A stretch of 64,000 bases of DNA, from the NCBI GenBank assembly GCA_963728825.1, contig CAVSLA010000001.1, positions 423,886-487,885 of the forward strand, read 5' to 3'. The notes under the pieces were generated by a model. The model was not told where the DNA came from, did no database searches, and saw only the letters and a program-made list of their open reading frames with translations. Position numbers and translations under genes: made by a program. Positions 27,380-36,407 of this stretch are shown here, one piece after another (the first letter of the stretch is position 1; each line of letters opens with the position of its first letter). The DNA comes from an uncultured Acidobacteriota bacterium (lineage in GTDB: Bacteria > Acidobacteriota > Vicinamibacteria > Vicinamibacterales > CAVVIG01).

Positions 27380-28714
27380 ATGAAATGCGCCGTCCTGGTA
27401 CTGGCGCTGCTCGCGGGTGTCTCGCCCGCGCTCGGGCAGACGACGATTCGGGTTCCGTACACGCATTTCACCCTGCCGAACGGGCTCGAGGTCATCCTCC
27501 ACGAAGACCACAGCGTGCCGATTGTCAGCGTGAACGTCTGGTATCACGTCGGCTCGGCGAACGAAAAGCCGGGGCGCACCGGGTTTGCGCATCTCTTCGA
27601 GCACCTGATGTTCATGGGATCGGGCCACGTGAAGCCCGGCGAGTTCGATGCGTGGCTCGAAGGCGCCGGCGGCAACAACAACGGCTCGACCAGCAACGAT
27701 CGCACCAACTACTGGATCAACGTGCCGTCGAACGCGCTGGAGCTCGCGTTGTTCCTCGAGTCCGATCGCATGGGGTATCTGCTCGACAGCATGACCCCGC
27801 AGACCGTCGACGCCCAGCGCGACGTCGTCAAGAACGAGCGGCGCCAGAGCTACGAGAACCGGCCCTACGGCATGGCCGATCTGCTGCTGATGGAGATGCT
27901 CTATCCCAAGGGCCATCCGTATCACTGGCCGGTCATCGGTTACATGGAGGACCTGACCGCCGCCAGTTATCAGGACACCGTCGAATTCTTCAAGCGCTAC
28001 TACGCGCCTTCGAATGCCAGCCTCGTGATCGCTGGCGATATCGAACCGGCTGCGACGCGCCGGCTGGTCGAGAAGTGGTTCAGCGACGTCAAACCGGGCC
28101 CGCGCGCCGAGCCGATGACGCTCCCCGGCGTCGCGCTGACCGACGTTCAACGCAAGACGATCACCGATCGCGTGCAGCTGCCGCGCCTGACGCTGGCGTG
28201 GCTCACGCCGCGGCATTTCGCGCCGGGCGACGCCGCGCTCGACGTGCTGGCCGACGTCCTGGCCGGCGGCCGGAACTCACGGCTCTACAAACGCCTCGTC
28301 TACGACCTGCAGATTGCGCAGAACGTCAGCGCGTTCCAGGCCTCGCAGGGGCTGTCGTCCTATTTCCAGGTGGAAGCGACCGCACGCCCGGGCCACACCG
28401 TCGAAGAGATTCAGAAAGTGATCGACGAGGAGATCGGCAAAGTGCAGCAGGAAGCGCCAACCGAACGCGAGGTCCAGCGCGCGATCAACAAATTCGAGGC
28501 GTCGTTTTTCAATCGGATGGAACGGGTCGGCGGATTCGGCGGCAAGGCCGACCTGCTGAACTCGTACTTCTCCGAAACCGGCATCCCTGACTGGTTCAAC
28601 GAGGACGTTGGACGCTATCGTGTGCTTTCGCCGGACGACGTCCGTGCCGCCGCCGCCGCTTTCCTTCCGGCGACGCGGCGCGTCGAGCTGATTGTCCTGC
28701 CTGACAAACAATGA
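27380..28714 (+). CDS. M16 (pitrilysin-family) zinc peptidase, catalytic subunit, secreted
   Basis: Signal peptide MKCAVLVLALLAGVSPALGQ and the inverted zinc motif HLFEH in GFAHLFEHLMFMGS. Confidence 0.85.
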   Translation: MKCAVLVLALLAGVSPALGQTTIRVPYTHFTLPNGLEVILHEDHSVPIVSVNVWYHVGSANEKPGRTGFAHLFEHLMFMGSGHVKPGEFDAWLEGAGGNNNGSTSNDRTNYWINVPSNALELALFLESDRMGYLLDSMTPQTVDAQRDVVKNERRQSYENRPYGMADLLLMEMLYPKGHPYHWPVIGYMEDLTAASYQDTVEFFKRYYAPSNASLVIAGDIEPAATRRLVEKWFSDVKPGPRAEPMTLPGVALTDVQRKTITDRVQLPRLTLAWLTPRHFAPGDAALDVLADVLAGGRNSRLYKRLVYDLQIAQNVSAFQASQGLSSYFQVEATARPGHTVEEIQKVIDEEIGKVQQEAPTEREVQRAINKFEASFFNRMERVGGFGGKADLLNSYFSETGIPDWFNEDVGRYRVLSPDDVRAAAAAFLPATRRVELIVLPDKQ

Positions 28715-30141
28715 GCATCTCTCGCCTGCTCATCGCGCTCGTCCTGTGCGGCGTCGTCGCGTCGGCGCAGGCACCCGATCGCTCGAGGCCACCTGCAACC
28801 GCTCCGGCGCCAGTGCTGAAACTGCCGACCATCGTCAAGCGACACCTGGCGAACGGCCTCGGCGCCTGGATCGTCGAGCTGCACGAAGTACCGGTCGTGC
28901 AGGTCAACCTTGTGGTACTGGCGGGAACGGTCAACGACCCGCCAGGCAAGTTCGGTGTGGCCAGTCTGACTGCGGCGATGCTCACCGAAGGAGCGGGATC
29001 CAGATCGTCACTCGAAATCGCCGATGCGGTGGAGTTCCTCGGCGCCGACCTGAACGCATCGGCCGGCATCGATTCCTCCGCGGTTCGGCTGCATGTGCCG
29101 GTCGCCCGCATCGCCGAGGCGCTGCCGATCATGGCCGACGTCGCGACGCGGCCGACCTTCCCACGTGAAGAGCTCGAGCGTCAACGGCAGCAGCGCCTCA
29201 CCAGCCTCCTGCAGGCGCGGGACGACCCGGCCACCCTCGCGTCGCTGGCGTTCTCGCGCGTGCTCTACGGGCCGTCGCATCGCTTCGGCACGGCGACGAT
29301 GGGAACCGCCGACGCCATCAAGGCATTCGCGCCGGAAGACCTGGCCTCCTTCTACCGGAGCGCCTTCCGTCCGGAAAACTCCACGATCGTCGTCGTCGGC
29401 GACGTCACGCCGGATCGCATGTTTCCAATGCTGGAAAAGACGTTCGGCGGGTGGAAAGCCGCCGGGGCGCCGAGCGCACCCACGACGCTGCCGACGGTTC
29501 GGCCGCCAGCCCGGCGTCAGATGTATCTTGTCGACAAACCGAACGCACCCCAATCCCAGATTCGGATTGGCACCATCGGCGTCGCACGGGCGACTCCCGA
29601 TTTCTTCGCGATCCAGGTGATGAACACCATTCTCGGCGGCTCGTTCAGCTCACGTCTGAATCTGAATCTGCGCGAGAAGCACGGGTATACCTACGGCGCT
29701 TCATCCGGGTTCGATATGCGCCTCACCCCGGGTCCGTTTTCTGCGCAGGCCGGAGTGCAGACCGACAGGACGGCCGAGGCGCTGGCCGAGTTCTTCAACG
29801 AACTGAACGGAATCCTGAAGACCGTTCCCGCCGACGAGCTCGCGCGGGCGAAAAACTACGTCAGCCTGCGATTCCCAAGTTCCTTCGAGACGAGCGGTGA
29901 TATCGCCCGACGGCTCGAGGACGCGATCCTCTACAAGCTCCCTGATGACTACTACTCGCGCTACGTCCAGAACGTGGCGGCGATTACCGCTGCCGACGTC
30001 GAGCGCGTGGCGCAAAAGTACATCCAGCCAGACCGGCTCGCGGTGGTCGTGGTCGGCGATCGCAAGATCATCGAGCCCGGCCTCCGCAAGCTGAACCTCG
30101 GGCCAATCAATATCCTGACAGTCGACGAGCTGTTCAAGTGA
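28711..30141 (+). CDS. M16-family peptidase, non-catalytic partner subunit
   Basis: M16 fold pattern without HxxEH. Signal-like MSISRLLIALVLCGVVASAQA. ATGA overlap with the upstream M16 gene. Confidence 0.8.
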   Translation: MSISRLLIALVLCGVVASAQAPDRSRPPATAPAPVLKLPTIVKRHLANGLGAWIVELHEVPVVQVNLVVLAGTVNDPPGKFGVASLTAAMLTEGAGSRSSLEIADAVEFLGADLNASAGIDSSAVRLHVPVARIAEALPIMADVATRPTFPREELERQRQQRLTSLLQARDDPATLASLAFSRVLYGPSHRFGTATMGTADAIKAFAPEDLASFYRSAFRPENSTIVVVGDVTPDRMFPMLEKTFGGWKAAGAPSAPTTLPTVRPPARRQMYLVDKPNAPQSQIRIGTIGVARATPDFFAIQVMNTILGGSFSSRLNLNLREKHGYTYGASSGFDMRLTPGPFSAQAGVQTDRTAEALAEFFNELNGILKTVPADELARAKNYVSLRFPSSFETSGDIARRLEDAILYKLPDDYYSRYVQNVAAITAADVERVAQKYIQPDRLAVVVVGDRKIIEPGLRKLNLGPINILTVDELFK

Positions 30142-30154
30142 GTCGCGCGATCGC

Positions 30155-30376
30155 CTAGACGCGCGACCGCGTGCGGGCGCCGGCGACCACGAGTGCGATG
30201 CCGCCAGCCAGCGCGGCGACGCCGACGATTGGCGACAACGGAATGGTCTCGCGGTCCTCCGACTGCACTTCCACCGGCCCGACGTCAATCACGGTGTCGC
30301 GGTCCGTATAGCTGATGCCGCCAACGACCAGCGCGAAAATCCCGAACGCGATGAGTACGTAACCGATGAGCTTCAC
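30155..30376 (-). CDS. Small two-TM membrane protein, unknown function
   Basis: MKLIGYVLIAFGIFALVVGG ... IVGVAALAGGIALVVAGA; 73 aa, two hydrophobic helices. Confidence 0.5.
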   Translation of the reverse strand: MKLIGYVLIAFGIFALVVGGISYTDRDTVIDVGPVEVQSEDRETIPLSPIVGVAALAGGIALVVAGARTRSRV

Positions 30377-30470
30377 ATCGACCTCCGCTCATCCGTTATG
30401 CACGTGCCGGGCCAGTCGCATGCCGTCGTATGTAGGCCGTGTCTTTTTTTAGTCGCAGGACGTATGTAGC

Positions 30471-30488
30471 CCGGGTCTTTAGACCCGG
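30471..30488. repeat. Family C hairpin element (CCGGGTCT tt AGACCCGG)
   Basis: Preceded by tatgtag, as in other copies. A half-copy, tatgtaggccgtgtc, lies 30 nt upstream. Confidence 0.65.
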
Positions 30489-30582
30489 CATTTTGGTCTG
30501 GTGACTCGTCAGTTGAAGTACTGCTGGAAGGCAAACAGCGCGGCGAGGACCGCGATCCACAGGATGACCACGCGCCGGTAAT

Positions 30583-32037
30583 TCACAGGGCGCGGCTCCT
30601 GGCGGCCAGCCGCCCGGCGGCGGCCGCAAGCGCCTGACGGGCGGCCTCGAGTCGCGACTCGTCCACAGCGAGGAGGTCACGGGACGCGGCGAGCGCCTTC
30701 GCCGTTTCGTCGGGAGCAGGTCCGCCGGGCGTTCGTCGGACTCCGACGAAATGAGACGGGCTGAGTATCTCGGTCAGCGACGACTCCGAGTAGCTGACGG
30801 GCTTGCCAATCACCTGCGTCGAGACATCGTCGAGCAGCTCCGAGAGGCGGCGCGCCGGCTCACGCTCCCGGGCAGCCACCAGGCGCGCGGCAATCGCGTG
30901 CGCGGAAGAGAACGGCACGTCCTGGTCGCGCACCAGGCTGTCGGCGAGCTCGGTCAGCGTCGTCCAGCCGTCGGCCGCTCGCGCGCTCAGGCTGGCGGCG
31001 TCGAACTGCGCCGTCCGCATCGCCGCGGCGACGAGCTTCACGGCGCGCGACGCGTCGCCAAAGGTGGAAAACACCAGCGGCTGCAAATCGTCTTCGGTGT
31101 CGACGATGTCGCCGAACGGCGTGTTGTGCACGGCCAGGACGATGGCTTGCGTCTGCCCGAGCGCTTTGCTGGCAATCGCTCGCGCATGCTCCAACGCCAC
31201 CGGATTCCGTTTCTGCGGCATGATGCTGCTGCACTGAACGAAGCCCTCGCCGAGGCGGAGGTAATTGAATTCAGACGTTGTCCACTGCAGCAGGTCCTGC
31301 ACCACCCGGCCCAGCCCCACCAGCATGACCGCCGCGGCTGAAACACTCTGCAGCAGGTAGTCGACCGTCGCGATGCTGCCGTAGGTGTTGCCGGTCGGGG
31401 CATCGAAGCCGAGCAGGCCGGCGGTCAACTCGCGATCGATGGGAAACCCGGTGCCGGTAATCGCGCAGGCGCCCAACGGACAGCGATTGGTCGTCTCATA
31501 GGCCGCCCCGAACCGCGTGACGTCCCGCTCGAGCTGCTCGACGACCGCGAGCAGGTAGTGTGCGATGGTCGTCGGCTGGGCCCGCTGCGTGTGGGTATGC
31601 ACCGCCACGATCGTCTCGCGGTGCCGATCGCAGACGTCGAGCAGGACGCGCCGCAAGTCGCAAGCGGCCGCGGCCAGCGCCAGCACGAGCTCCCGCTGGC
31701 GCATGCGGTACATCGTCATATCGATGTCGTTGCGGCTGCGTGCGGTGCGCAGGCGGCCGGCGGTCTCGTCGCCGCAGGCGGCGGCGAGGAGCCGTTCGAT
31801 ATGGAAAAACAGATCCTCCGATCGGCCATCGAACGCCTGCCGCTGAACCTCGGGTTGCGAGACTGCGTCGAGAGCCAGCCGCAGCGCCCGCGCATCGTCG
31901 GCGGCGACGATGCCCTGCGCCGCCAGCATGACCAGGTGGGCGTAGTGAATCGACATCAGCGGCGCCAGGAACTGCTGCTTGGCGTCGTCGAAGTTTTCGT
32001 TCAGGACGTAGGCGACGTACTCCGGAGCGAAGCGCAT
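30583..32037 (-). CDS. Argininosuccinate-lyase-family (class II fumarase/aspartase superfamily) lyase
   Basis: TARSRNDIDMTMY and SSIMPQKRNPVALEHAR signatures. The ATG at 32037 overlaps the rhodanese stop (TAATG). It has a short N-terminus relative to canonical ArgH, so it may be a paralog. Confidence 0.75.
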   Translation of the reverse strand: MRFAPEYVAYVLNENFDDAKQQFLAPLMSIHYAHLVMLAAQGIVAADDARALRLALDAVSQPEVQRQAFDGRSEDLFFHIERLLAAACGDETAGRLRTARSRNDIDMTMYRMRQRELVLALAAAACDLRRVLLDVCDRHRETIVAVHTHTQRAQPTTIAHYLLAVVEQLERDVTRFGAAYETTNRCPLGACAITGTGFPIDRELTAGLLGFDAPTGNTYGSIATVDYLLQSVSAAAVMLVGLGRVVQDLLQWTTSEFNYLRLGEGFVQCSSIMPQKRNPVALEHARAIASKALGQTQAIVLAVHNTPFGDIVDTEDDLQPLVFSTFGDASRAVKLVAAAMRTAQFDAASLSARAADGWTTLTELADSLVRDQDVPFSSAHAIAARLVAAREREPARRLSELLDDVSTQVIGKPVSYSESSLTEILSPSHFVGVRRTPGGPAPDETAKALAASRDLLAVDESRLEAARQALAAAAGRLAARSRAL

Positions 32038-32468
32038 TATTTGGCGGCTTCGACGGGATTGCCGTCGTTGAACCAGTCCACCCACCCGCCGGTCAGGGCG
32101 CGGGCGTCGCCCACCCCGGCGTCACGCAGCGTCCTCGCGATGCGCAGGCTCGTGATCTCGGCCGGGCACGCGCAATAGATTACGACGGGCACCTTCGATT
32201 GGCGCAGCGCGCCGATGATTTTCTCCGCGGCCGGTGACCGCGCCGCGAGATCGGTGTCTGGCAGCGAGATCGCGCCCGGGATGTGCCCTCGGGCAAATTC
32301 GACTTCGCCGCGCACGTCCACGATCGCGACTGCCTTTGCCACGGTGAGCTGCTTGAACTCCGCCTGCGAGATGCGTTCCTGCGCCGGAGCAGCCTGCGCG
32401 AGCAACGCACACAGGGCGCCCGCGGCGGGCCCGCCGACCCACGGGCGCACGCGGTCAAGTCGTGGCAC
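32037..32468 (-). CDS. Secreted single-domain rhodanese-like sulfurtransferase
   Basis: VDVRGEVEFARGHIPGAISLP ... VVIYCACPAEITS (active-site loop Cys) ... LTGGWVDW. N-terminal signal-like segment. Confidence 0.75.
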   Translation of the reverse strand: MPRLDRVRPWVGGPAAGALCALLAQAAPAQERISQAEFKQLTVAKAVAIVDVRGEVEFARGHIPGAISLPDTDLAARSPAAEKIIGALRQSKVPVVIYCACPAEITSLRIARTLRDAGVGDARALTGGWVDWFNDGNPVEAAK

Positions 32469-32485
32469 GGATCTAATATAGACCC

Positions 32486-34093
32486 GTGGCGGGATATTCG
32501 ATGCGCGCGCGGCTGCCGCTGAACGGCGCCGGTCGCGCCGATATCACGCGCGATCCCGACATCATCCGCTCGTACCTCGAGGACGCCGCCCACTTCACGG
32601 GCGGGCATGCCGGCGAGCTGGTCGCACCGGCCAACGAAGCGCAGCTGGCGGACGCCCTGCGCAACGCGACCGCAATCCTGACAGTCGGCGCCCAGTCGTC
32701 GCTGACCGGCGGCGCCACGCCGATGGGCGAAACCATCGTCAGCACGAAGCGCCTGACCGGCATCGAGTTTCACGGTTCCACCCGCGTACGGGTTGGCGCG
32801 GGAGTGACCATCGAGGAGCTGATCACCGCTGTCGAATCGGCCGGTCATTACTATCCGCCGGCACCGACTTTCAAAGGCGCGTTCGTCGGAGGCACGATCG
32901 CCACCAACGCCGCCGGTGCGGCAACCTTCAAGTACGGGGCAACGCGCGACTGGGTCGAGTCGATCACCGTGATGTTGCCGTCAGGCGATGTCCTGGACAT
33001 GGAGCGCGGCGCGACCCGGGCCAACGGTGACGGATTCTTCGAGCTGCAGCTGCGGTCGGGGACGGTCAAGGTGCCGGCTCCCGGCTACCGGACGCCCCGG
33101 TTGCCGAAGCTGTCGGCTGGCTACTTCGCCGCGCCGCAGATGGACCTCGTCGATCTGTTCATCGGATCGGAAGGCACGCTGGGCGTGATCACGTCGGCAA
33201 CGCTGCGCATCCTCGCCGCTCGTCCCGCCATATGCGTTGCCCTGGTGCCGTTCCCCGACGAGCGCGCGGCCTTGAAATTCACCCGGATCCTCAGAGACGC
33301 GTCGCGTGAGACATGGCGCAGCTGCTGCCGGCGCGGCGTCGACGTTGCGGCCATCGAGTACATCGACGATCGCTCGCTGGCCATCATCCGCGAAGACGGC
33401 GCCGACGTGGTGAACGGCGTCAGCCTGCCGGCCTCAGCCCACAGCGCTCTGCTGGTGGCTCTGGAACTTCCGCCAGACGTCGATGCGGCTCAGGCCTTCG
33501 ACCAGATCGGACGGGTGCACGACGCGCATCGACCGGACACGCCGCTCATCCGGTTCTGCAGGCTGCTGCTGGACGCCCAGGTTCTCGACGATGTCGAGGT
33601 CGCGGTCCCAGGTGATGCGGTACGAGCCGCGCAGTTCGCGGCGATTCGCGAAGCCGTGCCGGCGGGCGTCAACCAGCGGGTCGGCAGAGCGAAGCAGGAC
33701 GTCGACCATCGAATCGAAAAAGTCGCCGCTGATATCGCCGTGCCGTTCGATCGCCTCGAAGATCTCATCGATCGGTTCCATGCCGAAGCGAAGCGGCGCG
33801 GCCTGCACGCCGTCGTCTGGGGGCATGCCTCTGACGCCAACCTCCACCCCAATGTCATCGCGCGATCGTACGAGGAGATGCAATGGGCCAAAGCGGTCGT
33901 TGCTGAAATCGGCCGCATCGCCATCCAGCTCGGCGGCGCGCCGATGGCTGAACACGGCGTCGGCAGAAACCCCATCAAGCAGCAGCTGCTCCGCGACCTC
34001 TATGGCGCCGACGGCATCGAGCAGATGCGCTCGGTCAAACGTGCGGTCGATCCTGATTGGAAACTGGCTCCGGGGGTTCTGTTCAGCCGTTGA
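32486..34093 (+). CDS. FAD-linked oxidase (GlcD / FAD_binding_4 family)
   Basis: VGAQSSLTGGATP, GSEGTLGVIT, and C-terminal GGAPMAEHGVGRNP..VKRAVDPDWKLAPG. An alternative start is the ATG at 32501. Confidence 0.8.
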   Translation: MAGYSMRARLPLNGAGRADITRDPDIIRSYLEDAAHFTGGHAGELVAPANEAQLADALRNATAILTVGAQSSLTGGATPMGETIVSTKRLTGIEFHGSTRVRVGAGVTIEELITAVESAGHYYPPAPTFKGAFVGGTIATNAAGAATFKYGATRDWVESITVMLPSGDVLDMERGATRANGDGFFELQLRSGTVKVPAPGYRTPRLPKLSAGYFAAPQMDLVDLFIGSEGTLGVITSATLRILAARPAICVALVPFPDERAALKFTRILRDASRETWRSCCRRGVDVAAIEYIDDRSLAIIREDGADVVNGVSLPASAHSALLVALELPPDVDAAQAFDQIGRVHDAHRPDTPLIRFCRLLLDAQVLDDVEVAVPGDAVRAAQFAAIREAVPAGVNQRVGRAKQDVDHRIEKVAADIAVPFDRLEDLIDRFHAEAKRRGLHAVVWGHASDANLHPNVIARSYEEMQWAKAVVAEIGRIAIQLGGAPMAEHGVGRNPIKQQLLRDLYGADGIEQMRSVKRAVDPDWKLAPGVLFSR

Positions 34094-34130
34094 TGCGCGG
34101 TGATGATGGGTGCGTGATATAAGGGGTTCG

Positions 34131-34490
34131 ATGGTTCGTCTGGTCATCTCCGCGGCAATCGGGTTCGCCATCGCGATCTCGCCGCTCTCCGTACTGTGCG
34201 GCCCCGACTGCGACACGGGGGGGCACGCGGCGGCCGCTGTCGAAGCGCCCTGTCCCTTGCACGACGCGCCGCCGGCCGATCACCACGACAGCTGCGACCA
34301 CGAACATGCCGTGGCGCCGGCGACCGCCGGCAAAACCGACAAAGCCATTACCGCTCAGAACGCCGCGCTGGAAATGTCCGAGCTCGACCAACTGTTCGAC
34401 GACCAGGTCGCCCCCGCGCTGCCGGACGTCCGTGTCGATTCCACTCCAGCCGAACTCCTCGCACGCCGTTTCTTGCCGCTCCGCATCTGA
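34131..34490 (+). CDS. Small exported His/Cys-rich protein, unknown function (possible metal ligand)
   Basis: MVRLVISAAIGFAIAISPLSVLCGPDCDTGGH..APCPLHDAPPADHHDSCDHEH. AAGGGG lies before the ATG. The gene sits directly upstream of the barrel gene. Confidence 0.4.
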   Translation: MVRLVISAAIGFAIAISPLSVLCGPDCDTGGHAAAAVEAPCPLHDAPPADHHDSCDHEHAVAPATAGKTDKAITAQNAALEMSELDQLFDDQVAPALPDVRVDSTPAELLARRFLPLRI

Positions 34491-34538
34491 TCCCTTCCGG
34501 CGTTCTGACACGAACTTTTCCGGAACGAGGATCAACCG

Positions 34539-35753
34539 ATGTATCGAACTGCTGGCGTCGTGTGCCTTGGTCTGTTTTTTTGTGGGGCCACGGCCCGTGC
34601 CCAAACCCCTCAGCCGCACGATCACACCGCCCATCAGATGGCGACTGGTTCGTCGTGGAGGTTCGCCTACGACGGCGTGCTGTTTGCGACGGTCAATCAT
34701 CAGGGTGGACCCCGCGGTGGAGACGAAGTGCTCGCGACCAACTGGTTGATGGGCATGGCGACTCGAAGACTTGGAAGCGGTGACCTGACCCTGGGCGGCA
34801 TGATCAGCTTCGATCCGGCCACCGCCGGCGCGCGCGGCTATCGCGAGCTGTTTCAGGTCGGCGAGGCTTACCACGGTGAGCCGCTGATCGATCGACAGCA
34901 TCCACACGACTTCATGATGCAGATGTCTGCCTCATGGCGCGTGCCGCTCGGCGCCACGCGCCTGACCTTGTCGGCCGCGCCGGTTGGCGAGCCGGCGCTC
35001 GGTCCGGTCGCGTTCATGCACCGTCCGTCCGCGGCGGAGAACTCGGTCGCCCCGTTGAATCACCACCGGCTGGACTCCACCCATATCGCGATGGGCGTGC
35101 TCACGGCGGCGCTCGAGCGCCCGGCCTGGACGATCGAGTCGTCGCTCTTTCACGGCCGCGAGCCCGACGACAACCGCTGGGACATCATGGATCCCGGACC
35201 GCTCGATTCATGGTCGGCGCGGGTCTGGTGGCGGCCCTCGTCTGCCTGGTCGCTGCAGCTGTCTCACGGTTTTCTGAACGAGCCGGAGGAGATCGAACAG
35301 ACGGACGTGCGGCGCACGACCGGGTCGTTATCGTGGTTCAAGACACGGGAACACGGATTCACCGCCGCCACCGCCGCCTTCGGCCGCAACGACGAAGAGC
35401 ACGGCGCGACCAACGGCGTGCTCGCCGAGGCGACGCACAAGGCAGGATTGAACTCGATTTTCGGTCGATGGGAAACGCTGCAGACCGAAGGGTTGCTCGG
35501 TCCCGAAGATCATCAACCTGACGACGATCAATCCGTGGTGACGGCGCTGACGATCGGCGCGGTCAGGGAGCTGCCGCGTTGGAAAGGTTTCGAGCCTGGC
35601 ATCGGCGCAGATCTGACCGCCTACCAGGTTCCTGCCGACCTCAGGACCGCGTACGGCGATCACCCGTTCTCATTCCATCTCTTCTTTCGCTTGAGGCCGC
35701 CCGCCGGGACGATGGGCCGGATGTGGAACATGACCATGGGCGGAGGGCATTGA
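34539..35753 (+). CDS. Putative outer-membrane beta-barrel protein with His-rich N-terminus and Met/His-rich C-terminus
   Basis: Signal peptide MYRTAGVVCLGLFFCGATARAQ, then TPQPHDHTAHQM. Alternating amphipathic strands, a DRQHPHD motif, and a C-terminal tail GTMGRMWNMTMGGGH. Confidence 0.55.
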   Translation: MYRTAGVVCLGLFFCGATARAQTPQPHDHTAHQMATGSSWRFAYDGVLFATVNHQGGPRGGDEVLATNWLMGMATRRLGSGDLTLGGMISFDPATAGARGYRELFQVGEAYHGEPLIDRQHPHDFMMQMSASWRVPLGATRLTLSAAPVGEPALGPVAFMHRPSAAENSVAPLNHHRLDSTHIAMGVLTAALERPAWTIESSLFHGREPDDNRWDIMDPGPLDSWSARVWWRPSSAWSLQLSHGFLNEPEEIEQTDVRRTTGSLSWFKTREHGFTAATAAFGRNDEEHGATNGVLAEATHKAGLNSIFGRWETLQTEGLLGPEDHQPDDDQSVVTALTIGAVRELPRWKGFEPGIGADLTAYQVPADLRTAYGDHPFSFHLFFRLRPPAGTMGRMWNMTMGGGH

Positions 35754-35792
35754 GTCGACAGTCGAGTCGGTAGTCGGTAGTCGGTAGTCGAG
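35754..35792. repeat. 7-bp word repeat (GTAGTCG x3 perfect, plus degenerate units)
   Basis: gtcgaca gtcgagtcg gtagtcg gtagtcg gtagtcg, directly after the barrel gene stop. Confidence 0.8.
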
Positions 35793-35803
35793 CGGGAATG
35801 TAG

Positions 35804-35825
35804 GGCGGGGCCTTTTGGACCCGCC
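35804..35825. repeat. Family C hairpin element (imperfect)
   Basis: aatgtagGGCGGGGCC tttt GGACCCGCC; one mismatch in the stem. Confidence 0.6.
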
Positions 35826-35846
35826 TCGATCTCGAGTGGCCGCGCG

Positions 35847-36407
35847 CTATGCGATCAGAACGGCCAGGCCGATCAGGCCCAGTCCGCTGATGATCAGCCA
35901 CGGCGCAAGGGCGCCGGCAGGCCCGCTCGAGATTTCGCCTTCCCCTTGAAGGCGATGCGCCACAGTCGCCTGGGCGGAAAACGCCACGCCGGCTGCCGCA
36001 AGCAGCAGCACCCAGCCGACGCCGAGCGCGGCGCGTGCCGCAGGCACGCCATTGAGGAGCTCCGTGGAAAAGAACAACGTTGCCAGCCAACTGGCGACGG
36101 CGACGCCCGCCACCAGCCTGAGGCGACCGATCTCCCGGTCGCCGGCCTGACGCCGCAGCTCGAGTTGCAGCGCCCGCTCGGCTCTGGCCCGTTCGCCCTC
36201 GAGCTGATCCCGTTCCAGTTCCAGGCGCCGCGAGTCGCGGTCGAATGCTTCCTTGAGCGCCGCGACCACCACGCCGGCGAGCCTCGCTTCGAGGGGACCG
36301 GTGGCGCCGGGCGCGAGCTGCTGCGGTTCATCCCGACGCGTCACTCGACGCGCGATGTCGGTCATGCCGAGCGCCGCGTCCATCAGACGCAGCCAGGGAA
36401 TTGCCAT
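35847..36407 (-). CDS. Membrane protein with a central coiled-coil and C-terminal TM helices, unknown function
   Basis: MAIPWLRLMDAALG..RRLELERDQLEGERARAERALQLELRRQ..LVAGVAVASWLATLFF..VGWVLLLAAAGVAF..LIISGLGLIGLAVLIA. Its ATG overlaps the M61 stop by 1 nt (TGATG). Confidence 0.5.
   Translation of the reverse strand: MAIPWLRLMDAALGMTDIARRVTRRDEPQQLAPGATGPLEARLAGVVVAALKEAFDRDSRRLELERDQLEGERARAERALQLELRRQAGDREIGRLRLVAGVAVASWLATLFFSTELLNGVPAARAALGVGWVLLLAAAGVAFSAQATVAHRLQGEGEISSGPAGALAPWLIISGLGLIGLAVLIA

Noticed and set aside
30508-30586. A tempting 25-aa hydrophobic micro-ORF (VNYRRVVILWIAVLA..LFAFQQYFN) starting at a GTG that overlaps the lyase stop.
   Set aside because: I first read it after miscopying one base. 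With the actual sequence (gccggcgctg) the frame does not hold, and the ORF would need yet another 1-nt correction. The uncorrected 63-aa frame runs through hairpin repeats. There is not enough support to call it.
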